A stretch of 64,000 nucleotides of DNA from contig OZ237755.1 in NCBI GenBank assembly GCA_965178125.1, positions 806,001-870,000 on the forward strand. Direction: 5' to 3'. Each line of letters opens with the position of its first letter. The first letter of the stretch is position 1. Origin of the DNA: Bilabrum cf. latius (taxonomy: Eukaryota). Shown here piece by piece: positions 36,609 to 49,478 of the stretch. The notes beneath the pieces are model-generated. The model was not told the DNA's origin and ran no database searches. It saw only the letters and a program-made list of their open reading frames with translations. The position numbers were made by a program, and so were the translations under genes.

Positions 36609-39600
36609 TCACTCTAGCATCGGGGCACCCCCGCCAAGCGCAACGTTCCCGGCGCCATCCCTACCAGAGTCATACAATTCAGCAGATCCCCCCTGCTCCT
36701 GACCTACCCTTGCTCGACCCATCCGTGATCCGGCACTCGGCCCTCCGGCATGGGCTGACGCGGCCCCGCTACTTCCGCCACCGCCGACGTCTGCTGGCAT
36801 CATTGCATTATATGGAATGACAGCAGTGTAGTTGCATGCAGAGCCGCCGTAACGCGAGAACATGTTCCTGCAGTGATCGTAGAAGCGGGCCCGAAGCTCC
36901 AGTGCGAGTTCCTGGGTCAGGTCAGCATCGCCAGGCCTCACTGCTGCTCTCGAAGAAGACGAACTGCTGCTGCTGCTACTGTTGCTTGCACCGGATGATC
37001 CGCTGCCACCGCTGCCCGGAGCCAACTGTGCCTCCCGAAGCAACTCGCGTCGCCATGCATCCTCGCTGGAGGAATGCATCGCTGTTCGCTGCAAGAAAGC
37101 GAGGTTTATGGAGGCCATGTGGAAGCAAGCAGGCAATTGCCTCGGCACAGGTGTGAACGCGTCCACTCCTTCGTCTGCTTTAGAGGAAATCCACGCCCTC
37201 TCTGCCTCACGCTGCAAGCGGCCGACTTCCCGCATAGCTACAGTTGGTACGCCTGCGACGGTCTGCCTGCTGAACTCATCGGTCGCAGCATTTACTGCAG
37301 CATCACTGTCCAGCACCGCTAGCGTAGCCAGGCTCTGTGTCGCTGACCGAAAGCCGTGAACCTGAACTCCGCGATGGTCTGGACCCCGCTGCGGTGCCAC
37401 CGACACATCCTGATCCAAAAGCTGTGCCAAAGCCGTCCTCGCCCTGAGCGCGTCTACTCCCATCCTCCGGCTCGGCGATGTCAACCCCCCCTGTCCGCCC
37501 GCATGCCCACCAGCACCGCCCGCATGCCCACCAGCACCGCCCGCATGCCCACCAGCACCGCCCGCATGCCCACCAGCACCGCCCGCATGCCCACCAGCGA
37601 CGGCAGCCGGACCGCCAGCACCTCCAGCAACACCGAGGGCCGCCCTGTGGCTGTATGCCTCTGGGTACTTGTAACCCTTGGTTAATCCGATGCTTCGCCC
37701 CAGCCTCATCCAGAAGGCCACAGCCTCCGGGAAGTATTCTCTAACCTCCTCCCGACAGCAGGCCGGCTGAGTACCGAAGCGACCATGGCCGTCTAGTTGG
37801 GCGATGAGAAAGAAAGCAGACCCAGCTGACGTCCAATACTCGACCCCCCTCTCATCACACACACACCCGCACTCACTCAAGTGGGGGTAGGGCCGACCCG
37901 TCATCCAACCCAGCTACTCCAGATACTCGTCGCTTCGCACCTGATAGTCCGAATCCGGACGTCGCACGTCGTGCTCTCTTGAGACAAACATCCTCATGAA
38001 GCTAGAGGGGAAGGGGTCCTGGTCGTGGCGCGACTTCCGCTTCCTCACCTTTTCCGACATCTTCACGCCCATCCGTTTCGCCCTCAGGTGCTGCCCAATC
38101 ATGTAATCGTAGGCATCATCACCGCTGAGGTCTGCAGCGTGCGGTAGGTAATGCACGGCATCCTCCACATGTGTATACCTCTGGGGCAGAGTAGACCACG
38201 CCTGTCGATCCTGTCCACGTGGCCCACGAGCTGCCTCGAGCTGACACATTGCATCAAGGAGCGTCGGACAGAGATAGTGAAAGTCTGTCTCAGGGCGATA
38301 GAGGGGCGACACCTTCGGCACCAGCCTCCTCCAATTCGCAAGGAAGATACCAAGCCTTAACAGCCGGGTCTGCTGCTCGGGATTGCGAAGCTTGAGACAC
38401 AGGAACGGCAGCCACATCTTGAATCCGAATGCCATCTCAATAATTGCACGGATCCGGCTCAGGATGTTGTTGAAGACGAGCCTGTCCTCCGCTCCCTCCA
38501 CTAACTCTCGGCGGTACGGCACGACGAGGTTCCACGTGATGCCGTAGCCGCAGTCCCCCACGATCCGCGCGCCAACTGTGTAGATCTTCGGGAGCTGCCC
38601 GTCCGCACCACTACTGTTGATCGCCCGCATTGTTGCAGATGCTGACTGCAAGGCCTAGTCCCCTTCGCGACTGAGCCCCACGATCACGTCAAGGAACTCC
38701 AAGTGCGGGCCGCAGTTCGCTTGCAGAGTCCCACCTGCCCCCTTGAATCCGAAGTACTCCCCCCTATTCGCGTTCGGCACCTTGAAGACAAATGCCATTC
38801 CGTCCATGGCTGCTACCACCCCCTGCAGCACTGCCTCGAATCGATGGACCCTTGGTACAGACGTGCCCGAAGCAGAGCTGCTGGCGGCATCCTGCCCGCT
38901 TCTTTCCACCGTACCTCGCCTCCTGCTCATTCTCGCCTCCCACCGACAGCCCCCAGATTCTCCGCCTGTGCCCACGTCGCAGTCGCTGTTGCTGTCGCAA
39001 TCACTCGCATCGCTGCTCATGCCTCGGGCACCCCCACTACCTCTCCCCTTGCTGCCCTGCCTCCTGGTCCTCCTCGCCTCCCGCCGCCACCCCGCCCCCG
39101 CCCCTGCCCCTGCCCCTGCCCCTGCCCCTGCCCCTGCCCCTGCGCCCGCAGTCCCACCGGATGCATGCCCTGGCAGCCCACCCGTCGCACCACTGCTGAG
39201 GCCCCCCAACATGTCATGCCCCCCCGACGCCCTCCCCCCAAGCATGTCCCCTCCCACCGGCCCCCAGCCCTCCCCCGCCTCATGACCCCCCTGCTCGACC
39301 AAGATATCGCCGTCGCAGTCGCTGTTGCTGTCGCAATCACTCGCATCGCTGCTCATGCCTCGGGCACCCCCACTACCTCTCCCCTTGCTGCCCTGCCTCC
39401 TGGTCCTCCTCGCCTCCCGCCGCCACCCCGCCCCCGCCCCTACCCCTGCCCCTGCCCCTGCCCCTGCCCCTGCCCCTGCCCCTGCCCCTGCCCCTGCCCC
39501 TGCGCCCGCAGTCCCACCGGATGCATGCCCTGGCAGCCCACCCGTCGCACCACTGCTGAGGCCCCCCAACATGTCATGCCCCCCCGACGCCCTCCCCCCA

Positions 39601-41257
39601 AGCATGTCCCCTCCCACCGGCCCCCAGCCCTCCCCCGCCCCATGACCCCCCTGCTCGACCAAGATATCGCCGTCGCAGTCGCTGTTGCTGTCGCAATCAC
39701 TCGCATCGCTGCTCATGCCTCGGGCACCCCCACTACCTCTCCCCTTGCTGCCCTGCCTCCTGGTCCTCCTCGCCTCCCGCCGCCACCCCGCCCCCGCCCC
39801 CACCCCTGCCCCTGCCCCTGCCCCTGCCCCTGCCCCTGCCCCTGCCCCTGCCCCTGCGCCCGCAGTCCCACCGGATGCATGCCCTGGCAGCCCACCCGTC
39901 GCACCACTGCTGAGGCCCCCCAACATGTCATGCCCCCCCGACGCCCTCCCCCCAAGCATGTCCCCTCCCACCGGCCCCCAGCCCTCCCCCGCCTCATGAC
40001 CCCCCTGCTCGACCAAGATATCGCCGTCGCAGTCGCTGTTGCTGTCGGAAGCCAGCCGGCTCCTGCCCGTTTGTCTTGCGGCGTCATCGCGTACCCAGAG
40101 GTCTAGCCCTCTTCTCACTGATTTGCGTTCAGCGGCATCCAACCTTGCATCGTATGGATCCACATTGCTCTTCGTTGATGCTGCAACGCGCTCTCTTTGC
40201 TAAGCCCTGCGCACAAGCCGCTGCCAAGGCGATCCGCGAACCATTCGACGAAACACGAAATCCATCATGGCTCGCCGCTGGTGCTCCCCAACAGGCCACT
40301 TAATGAGCCGTTCGTACAACTTGCTGTCGGTTATAGCCGCGGAGAACTCCATGGCGTACTGCAGCATCGATGTCTCGCTCACGCCGAAGTCGAACCCGGC
40401 CGCGTCGGCAGAGTATCCTGCGTGTGCAAATCAAGAGGAGACAGGAACCGCGGGGCGACATGTGCAGGAACACACACATTGTAGTACAAGCCTACCTCCT
40501 GAAAGTGATTTCTCACCTCGTCTCAGGTACACGAGAACCGAAAGCAGGCGAGCCCATCTGGGCAGGATTGCCATGCTGCCTCTCCCTTGGTTGTTTGCCG
40601 GCTTCCAAGAAGAACAACAAGCCGAGCTAGTCAAACAGTAATCCAGTAGGACGAACTAGTATGGGCTCAACCCTACCTTCTTTTCAAAGGCTTTCTCTGC
40701 TTGCAGCACTGTGCGTTCGCCGCGAACGCGACGGCGGGCGCGCAGGTGCTGCCACGTCCTGGGCTTGAGCGCCTGCCTCAAAAGGCTAAGTAACGGCCAC
40801 ACAAGAGGAAACGCATGAGCGTGCCACCTGTCCCGGCCTGACGTAGCATCCTCGTGGCTAGTTGCAGACGAATCGCTCAAAGCAGCATCCCCTGCTGCCT
40901 GATGCGAGTCGCGCCGGAGCTCATCTTCAGCCACGCAGCGTAAAACATCTTCAATCACCGTTTTTGCGGCTCGATCCCTCTGTCCCTGTGGTAGGGTTCG
41001 TAGGACTCGGACAAACATCTGTTCGATCCTACGCTTGAAATGAATCGGCAGCCTTCGACTCAACGCACGAACGACGGCCGGAACGGATGCCGAAAAGCCA
41101 CTTCTGCAATGAGGTTATGAACATGTAGGCTATAGGAATCGATAAGAAATGTGGCATGAAGCAGCCTAGTTGGCTGAGCAAATTGCGCTGGACAACGGTC
41201 GCCCCTGTAGTTCACCAAGTAGTTCACCAGACACTCAAGAACCTCTCACTGATTCAT
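36609..41257 (-). CDS. Harbinger DDE transposase (DDE_Tnp_4-like) with an internal Gly/Ala repeat insert and a long C-terminal extension; intron 40418-40495
   Basis: HTH-like FDFGVSETS..EFSAAI..LIKWP and catalytic triad AAMDG / IVGDCGY / FNNILSRIRAIIEMAFG. Continuous with TAG=Gln, stop TGA 36609-36611. The first exon (41250-41257) is speculative. Confidence 0.85.
38978..40047. repeat. Three tandem 336-360 bp units, each with a (CCCTGC)n tract, in frame within the transposase
   Basis: Units start near 38978, 39314, 39674 and 40028. Length differences come from hexamer copy number. Confidence 0.9.
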
Positions 41258-41640
41258 CTGTAGTATAATATTGCAATGAATGGTCGGAACAGTCTCTCCA
41301 AGCTTGTCACCAGGCACGATGTGGACGGCTGCCGGATTCTTGCCGATTCGCTCATCCAGCCGTTTGAATTCTGCAAATTCGACCGGGCGGCCTGTCGAAT
41401 TCGTCGATAAACCTGTGATCGGATCGGATCGGATCACCGAATCCGACAGCCCGTCGATTTTGGCACGTCGATTTTGGCAACCCCGGACAAATCTGGGGGT
41501 TCTCTTACAACAGACCTGGAGATTTCTTCAAAAGTGAAGAAAGAGTGAAGAAAAGCCAAAAAATTTCCATAACGTTACTACATAATCTGTATTAATCGTC
41601 ATCTTTTCACAATGCTGGCGCACAACGTGTAGGCCTTAAA

Positions 41641-44600
41641 ATGGAAGCTACGTAGTCTATGCTACCGTCTGCACGTGAAAGTGATGGCGAGAATAGGAGA
41701 AAAGATCAATATCATCCGTTTTTCACCTTGGTTCAGTCTGAATCAAGAGCCAGAATCAAGTCAAAGGGTGGGAGACGCAGACCCCCAGATCTAAAGTCCA
41801 GTCAAGGGCAACCGAAACGCCGTCGAACTTAGACCAGCGTCAGTACAGTGAAGGGGAAAGATCGCGAAAAGTTGATTCGCCAACGTAGGCAAGCGCTGGA
41901 AACCATGAAAAGAAACCTCGTGAAGCATCCACTTGGAAAAACCATGTTCGAGGCGTCCCTACAATCGAGACAGGATGACTTTCTAATGGATTCTAAAGTT
42001 TACTGCATGGGCTGTGGGAAATGTATCACTGCGTTGCGATGGGCAGCTGCAAAGAGTCACCTGGTTAGTACGCACGGTGGAGAACGTGTAGATGCTGGAC
42101 TTGATCCAAGCGTCGTGCACGGTGACATTCTGCTTGCTGAACAGCAGCGTTTTGGTGGGCCACGTGCAATTGCTGAAATAATTGAGGGTACCCGTGTGTC
42201 AGAATCCGCCGCCGGTGCAACGGTGCAGGACAAGCATGAACTACGAAGGACAGGCCGGCTTGCAGTAGCGCTTGCCAAGCAATCTCAGTAGCAAAGAGAA
42301 CCCCAGACAGCGATAGGGCGGTTACTACCCGCCGAACCGTTAGACGCTGAAGCCTTCCGTGCTGTAGGCGCTCGATCCTTGATTTCCATGCTTCGTGGAT
42401 ATGGGATGAGTGTTGACCACATCAAGGTTGTACTCAGTGACAGGTTCAGGTCCATGACCAGGAGATTGAGACCAGCAACAGGATACACTGAGTATCATGT
42501 GAAGCAGGCATGTGATAGCCCCCAAGGCTTAATTGATGCGATTCTGCTTCGCCTGCGAGACATCATTGACATGGAGCGGCAGGCTGGGCGACCAGTTCGC
42601 GCTGGCATTTTGCATGATGAGTCCAAATTCTACGCGGGAAAATTAACATTTGTTATGCTTCGAGGATCATGGTCAATAGACAAAGGTGGGCCATACCTCA
42701 TAGGATACGATGTGACGTCGTAGTCGGTCGATTCGAACTATGTTGCTGACCTGCTCGTGGCTGTGATTTCTCGCTTGTGCAAGATGACTACGCTGTCCCT
42801 CAAGCATATTTGCATGCTTGTATCAGATAATGCTAGTTATGCATAGTTGGGGTCCTCTTTGGTTCAGAAGAAATTCGAAGAGGCATGGGGGCGGCTCGCA
42901 CCAGGTATGCCTCTGGAGTGCAACGGGTTCATGGTTGGACAGTGTCTGTCGCACGGTTTGAACCTCGTTGATTCGGTCATCCTAAAGGCTGAAGTTGGAC
43001 AGACATCGGATGGCAATGCATGCACGCTCAGTGGCCTGGTCAGGGCAATTTCCAATGCGCGATCGAGAAGTACTGATGCAAGTGATGAGCTGGCGGCTGT
43101 TGTGAAGGAGGCCTTCGGCTAGGCTGCGGCAGGAGACGACGAGTTTTCGATTAAGGACGCGAAGGCCATTCTGTACGCCAACGAAACAAGGTGGGAAACC
43201 GGCAGTAGAGCTGTGGTAGCTTTCTGTCATCGTATGATTGGAGCGAAGGTGGTCGCCCTCGCCGAATTGCAGAACTCGAAATCGAACTGGCATGCCCTCG
43301 CACAGCGGATCCTGAGTGAATTACCGGCTGGAGGTGGTAACAGGCTAGATATATCGGTATATTAATGCTGTGTGCAGGACCGTTGCCCCTATTTTGAGAA
43401 TAGTCTCTGCAGCCATCCAGGCATCACAGGCCCAACAGAGCTTCCGATCTCAACACGTGGAAACCATGTTGCACGTTCGGCGCGTGCTATCAACGTTTGT
43501 ACAGAGGAATGGGTATGCCTATGTTGCAAGTAATGGTGTGATGGGCTTTGCAGCTGCTGTTGAGGCCGATGCAGGTGCTGCTGAGGCCGGAGCAGGTGCT
43601 GCTGAGGCCGGGGCAGGTGCTGCTGAGGCCGGGGCAGGTGCTGCTGAGGCCGGGGCAGGTGCTGCTGAGGCCGGGGCAGGTGCTGCCGAGGCCGGGGCAG
43701 GTGCTGCTGAGGCCGGGGCAGGTGCTGCCGAGGCCGAGGCAGGTGCTGCTGAGGCCGGGGCAGGTGCTGCCGAGGCCGGGGCAGGTGCTGCTGAGGCCGG
43801 GGCAGGTGCTGCTGAGGCCGGGGCAGGTGCTGCTGAGGCCGGAGCAGGTGCTGCTGAGGCCGGGGCAGGTGCTGCCGAGGCCGGGGCAGGTGCTGCTGAG
43901 GCCGGGGCAGGTGCTGCTGAGGCCGGGGCAGGTGCTGCTGAGGCCGGGGCAGGTGCTGCTGAGGCCGGGGCAGGTGCTGCTGAGGCTGGTGTCCGCACTG
44001 ATAGCGCTATGGTCGATGACACAGGAACTGCGATAGCGCGTTTAAGTCCAGTGAATACGAGCCTCTGGCATGATGTTGTGGATGCATGCGCTGCAGAGGG
44101 CGGAGGAGCCGGACTGGAACAAGCTCACCGGGAGCTGATATACACCTACCTACATCCTGCTCTCGTGCTTGCGTTTTAGAAGTATGATGAGCGGCTTGGT
44201 AGGATGCACAGCCTATTGGATCTCATCCGGCTGCTTGACCACAGGCAAAGTAAGGCCGTCCGCGAGTCCGTGCTCTCAATGGTCCCGAGGTTGAGCAGGG
44301 TAGTCGGCACGTCGTTTGCTGAGCGGAGATTCGCAGGGTCACTACAGGACTTGGACATGGAATGGATCAAGTTCCTGACGCATGATGTGTCAATAGTTGC
44401 TGCAATTAATGCAGCTTAGGGCATTGACCCGCTTGAATTTTGGATGGGAGCTCCGGGTCACTGCAGACAGATGCAAGCGCTTGCTGCAGAACTTCGAGCC
44501 GCTTGTCTGTCCCAGGCAGGCGTTGAGTCGGTGTTCTCGATTGCAAGCAATTTGTAGAACACTCGTGCTGCATGTGAGCATCCGGACACGTTCGTCTCGA

Positions 44601-44932
44601 GAGTGATTGCTAGCCATGCAAAGTCGTACTTGATGGAGGTGGCGCAGGCATGCACAGTCAAGATGGACGAGATAGACGCCTCTGCGATAGCTGCGTTGGA
44701 TGCCGCTGGCTCTGAAGGCTAGAGCAAGCAAGCACACTCTGGTGCTGGACATAGTGCCGCCGAGTTGCAGTAGAGCAGAGTGGGGCAGTCAAATGTGTTG
44801 CAGCCTGGTTCAAGTGGCAGCGGCAGCAGCAGTGCCAGTAGCGCCGTCAGTAGCAGCGCCAGTATCAGCTCCAGCAGCAGAAGCAGTGCAAGTCTAGGCT
44901 CCCGAAGTTCTGGAGTAGGTCTCTCAACCTAA
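41641..44932 (+). pseudogene. hAT transposase with one apparent frameshift (~43345-43365)
   Basis: BED-like VYCMGC..SHLVSTH, LHDES, VSDNASY, CLSHGLNL, NETRW, and dimerisation motif DPLEFW..SQAGVESVFS. Many in-frame TAGs, terminal TAA 44930-44932. Confidence 0.8.
43570..43987 (+). repeat. 21-bp tandem repeat (~20 copies) encoding (AGAAEAG)n inside the hAT transposase
   Basis: GCAGGTGCTGCTGAGGCCGGG repeated in frame. Confidence 0.95.
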
Positions 44933-45778
44933 AAATGGAGCACAATGGCATCAGCAGTCACGCCGTGCTGCCCATAGCGGGGAACTGAGCTATAGGGGCC
45001 TCCAAGTAAGGTGTAGTTTCGAAAACCAGATTTTGTGTAGAAAGACTGAAAACTGATGTATATATACAAGTGAAAATACGTGATCCGATCCTTCTCTGCA
45101 GTGTAGAAATCTCCAGGTCTGCTGGTGTAGAGCGGTACGACCAAATGTTAACAGGAGAAATCGTTAACGGTTGCAACCTCTTCGACGTTGCAGTTCGATG
45201 CACCAAATCTTTGAATCCATTGTGCACAGCAAGATGCAGCCTGCAGGTGGTGGTGCACGCTTATTGGATAGCTTACCCAAGTCATTACCTGGATTAGAGG
45301 CATATGTACCCAAGTGGGCACAATAGAACTCAGAGGTGTTGGACGTGGTAGTCCTGTTGCTCAATCTGTCGATGTCGTAAACCGACGGTGGTTTACGGCT
45401 TGCTGTTGCTCTCCTGTGCAAGATATCAGATTCGTTCGCACCTGAACTTGGGACACATGTCATCAAATTAACTGATGAGTAATGTCGCGTAGCGTATTCG
45501 ATCAGCCTTGAACGTGGGAAGTAGCTTGCAGGATGGGTGCTGTCCAGGCTCGGTGTTGACAAGCTGAAAATGTCACGCCGAGCCATGGCCAATGTGCTTC
45601 AGATGTTGCGATTGACTTATTATCACCAACCATACTGAAGTAAGCCCGGCTTGAGGTCCCTCCAGGCCTGGTGGGTCGAAAATCGACGTTGCCGCCTTGT
45701 GTTGTGGACAAACTGTTCGATTCGGTAGGAAATTTTGCCGAAGCAGGACATCCGCTCACCATCAAGTAGATCAAAAGT

Positions 45779-46735
45779 ATGGTAAATGCGTTGGTATGTC
45801 GTGCGGCTGAGCTCAACGCGCAGGTGCAGAAGAAGCGAGGCAGGCGGAAGCAGGCGGCAGTGGATGTGATGGTAGTAAAGCTGTCAGATGACTGGGTTCG
45901 CAAGCAGATTGCCTAGCGTGATTAATCTTTACAACGAGCAGGAACGAGCGAGCACGGTGGGGACGTTGTATCTTAGGCGGTTGTGTCCAGATGCTTCGAG
46001 AAGCTGGCAGCGGTCGCTGAGGAGTTCAACATTGTTGGCAAGCACCAGGTGCCGGATGATACCACTGCAGCTGCAGCGAATGCAGAGCACAGTAGTGAGA
46101 GAGCCCTTGCACTGCCAGGACCAGCGACTGAGGCAGCCGTGACATGGGTCGCATCCGGTCGCAAGCGGAAGAGGCGGAGGGGCTAGCGAGGCAAGTCGAA
46201 GATGGTGCCTCTTGCCGAGCAACAAAAGAAGGTTGGCGGGTCATTTACAGCCATCACTTTTGACCAAGCGCAAACACTGTCGATGAAGTAGGTGCAGATC
46301 GACATGATCGACCTAATCGAAGAGAGCGGACTGCTCGAGAGTGCCAGTGGGCAGGGGGCTGACCGGGGCGGGCAGACTCGAGCTTTGAGGCACAGCACTG
46401 CCGCGATGCAAGACCCGGGCGGTTCCATAGCATCTATGGACTATCCAAAGGCAAAACAACTCGGGCGGGCTGAGGCACGAGTAAAATAGCTGGAGGAGCA
46501 GCTCGAGCAAGCGACCACGAAGCGCCGTGTCAAGGCGAAGCTCACCGTACAGCACGTCAACACTGTATCGCGGGCGCAAAACAGCTTGAGCGAACTGCAA
46601 TAGTCGATTACAACAGAGGGTGGGGCCGGTGATCGCAAATTTCAGCAGAAACTGGCTGCATTGTAGGAGCTCCTTGACAAGGCTTGCTCGGCTTGGCAAG
46701 ACCATTTGGAGGTCCTGCGCGAGGTCTCGGGATGA
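45779..46735 (+). pseudogene. Coiled-coil/NLS-containing orphan ORF with one in-frame TAA (45923-45925)
   Basis: Open with TAG=Gln apart from one TAA. Contains RKRKRRRG and a heptad-like C-terminus. Stop is TGA. Confidence 0.4.
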
Positions 46736-47752
46736 CTGAAAGTCCCCACCGAAACATTTGCTTTATTTGGTTATTATCTAGATATTCTGATGATTGCAAG
46801 CTCGAAGCATGACAGCATCCCGATTACTTGGGTAGTTCAATAGTTGCACTTGGGTGCGCCGAGGTCACTCTTTTGGCTTGATCTGAGCTCCAAGCCTGAA
46901 AATCAGCAGGGTATGATGTTGTTAGCTCACACAGTATCATGATTACAAATATACTTTTTGTGTTGAGAGCGTGAACAGCTGAGGAAAGCTGCAATGCATC
47001 GAACCAGAGCTACTGTAAAGCATTTTTCCAAAGGCGTGCTGCCCGAATCGGAGGCAAACAAGGCTGTAAAGCATTCAAGATATCTTGGCTTCTACATTTC
47101 CCCAAAAGAATGTAAAGATACCAATATTTAGAGCTCACGATGCAAAATCTTGTGAGACTGACCGTGATCGGATTAGAGCTTTGCGTGGAAAGTTCTTGAG
47201 ATTCGAAGAAAGGTACAGGATCTGTTCAGAATATGTCCGTTCGCTCTACTGCCAGTGGTGTAGATCTAGAGCCTGTTGCCGAACTTTCTCTCGACTTGAC
47301 AGAACATTCATCCCGGATTCCCTGCCGTTCAGCGAACCAATCGTAGCAGGCGTTGTTTTTGGCTGATTCAGCTCCTCGAGATCTAAATTTTGGTGCTTTT
47401 CTTGCAAACTTTCGATCAGTATATGCTGAGATATGCTAGGTTGAACTTGGGGAGTTTCACTCTTTTTTTTAGCGGCCAGCCGCTTGCAAAACTTTCATAG
47501 GCGCGATACATGCCGACACACAGTGCACCTACAGCCCCAGAAAGTTATGAGGAGAAGCGTGAATATGTTATCTAACTAATCTGTGAAGACGGATGTCCAG
47601 CTTTTTGTAGGCTTTGCTGTAGGTCGGGCAACACAACACATGCATCTGAATTGTCATGCCTCCACCCGACTTTGCAGCTCTAGTGCTGCTGAATCCTAGC
47701 CTAACGCTGTGATCTGAACTATTCAGAGTTTACTTATATACTATAAATATAA

Positions 47753-48214
47753 TCACTGCCCGTCTCCACTCGCGGGACCCGTCGGAACCTTCAATATTGG
47801 CCGCTGGCCGGGCGCTGCGATCTTCGCATCAGTGTCCCTGGGGATATCCAGAACCGCGACTGCCGAGGTTTTAAGCGACCTGGCAGCAGCGTCCTTTAGC
47901 TCGATACACTTCAAAACCCTTTTCTTATTTGATGGGCGCTCTGGGGACTATATTAGCTCCTGCTCGGCGCTGGGGAGGTCCGAGATTGCCTTCTCTTGCG
48001 CACTGCTAGCCTCGGCGAACACCCTGACCTTCTCAAAAGCAGCCCCCTGCACATTTGCAAGAGCCTTGTAGTAATATACTTGCTTGTTCATCACTGCTTC
48101 CTGGATGTAGACGATCCCGGTCTGCATCGAGAGCTCACCGCCGGCCGGATGGCCAGGCCCATGGCGAGCCCGCTTCCGCCCGGCTAGCGCCCCGCTGCTC
48201 CTCTTGCTCTCCAT
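47753..48214 (-). CDS. Hypothetical protein, probably the 3' part of a decayed gene extending to ~49076
   Basis: ORF reads through TAG 47948 to TGA 47753-47755. Upstream coding-like pieces are in shifting frames. Confidence 0.35.
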
Positions 48215-49478
48215 GCCCGCCTAAATCGAATCTAGAACCCTCGATGACATGCAATGGTCCTACTACGTGACGCTCGCAGGCCATGGGGGACAGACATGCT
48301 GCTAGCAGGACTAGGTGAAGAGGACGTCAATGAGGCCCCGGCTCTACCCTGGCTCACCTGGCCAGTCGCAGCCCCGGGCCCGCCGGACTCCACATGTTCC
48401 CTTACCACAGCTGCAGCAGCAGCATCACTTGCATCTGCCTCGTAAACTTAACAGCCAACTTGGCATACCACTCGTAGAGCTGCAGTCCAGTAAGCTTGTC
48501 TCTGCCCTTGTCGAGGGTCCCGGGCCTCTGCATCGTAAACTGATGGGACGCCTCGAACCTGCTCACCCAGGATGGGCGAAGGCATCTCATTTGAGGACGA
48601 TTGCCACGCCCCTATCCTACCCCTTGCCTGCCCCGCCCCCCCTCATTAGCTTAAGAAGTGCCTTTGTTTGTCCTGCAATGCCCTGTATATGTCTAGGGCA
48701 ATGGCATACACCGCACCTGCACATCCTTTGGAGGTGTCCAACTAGCCGCACCTTTGCTCCATCTGGTATCTCTCAAGGTGCACCTGAGCGAGGTGGCGGG
48801 TCAGTGCTTAGGATATACTTTTTTGTAGTATGGATATCCATTTTGAAGTCATGCCCAGCCAGCACAAGGTCAATAGGCTTCGAATCCCAGCCAAAAACGT
48901 TGTGCATCAGGTGGACCAGGAACCTCCCAGTCAGCTGTTTCGGCCGCTACCCTTTGTAGTCTGCCCGCGAACTCGCATAATATAATGGTTCCTCCGCAAT
49001 AAAATACTTTCTTCAACCTTAAAGCGGGAAATCCCCGAAAAATAGGGCCATAAAAGCCATGAACCTTATCGTTCATTCAGATCCGAAGGAGATCACGACC
49101 AATTTCAGGACATGGCTGTATGCCTCAAGCTATCCTGGCAGTCCAGTCTCTTCGAATGAATATTGTTACTTGCTTACACCTTTCAGTACTTTCGCACTTT
49201 CAACTGCTCCGGCCACTGCAGTCGTTTTATGATCGAGCCCATCGATGAAATACAGAAATACAGAAATACATTGTTGGGTAAAGATTCCACAAGCACCCAG
49301 ATGCACCGTTGCCCCCGAAGGAGTTCGAGTGATCACCTGAATCCAGAGGAGTCCTCAAACAAGGACTACAAGACCCCCGACCCTTTCAGGCCAAAGGCCC
49401 CCCAATCTCAGCCTACACCGCCGAGTCCCCTTCATTCGCCATCAATGTGGTCCCCCACAAGCCCTCAGCCTGATGCCT

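Larger units (their letters stand above)
33904..41504. mobile_element. PIF/Harbinger DNA transposon, apparently full length
   Basis: Perfect 24-bp TIR GAGAACCCCCAGATTTGTCCGGGG (33904-33927 / 41481-41504). TTA target duplication (33901-33903 / 41505-41507). Subterminal AAAATCGAC repeats. Two convergent genes, one a DDE transposase. Confidence 0.9.
41511..45121 (+). mobile_element. hAT-superfamily DNA transposon
   Basis: 17-bp TIR CAGACCTGGAGATTTCT (41511-41527 / 45105-45121) around a hAT transposase. No clean 8-bp TSD. Confidence 0.85.

Noticed and set aside
45923-45925. In-frame TAA as evidence that UAA is also Gln
   Set aside because: It is a single case in a decayed orphan ORF. None was seen in intact genes, and TAA terminates other ORFs.
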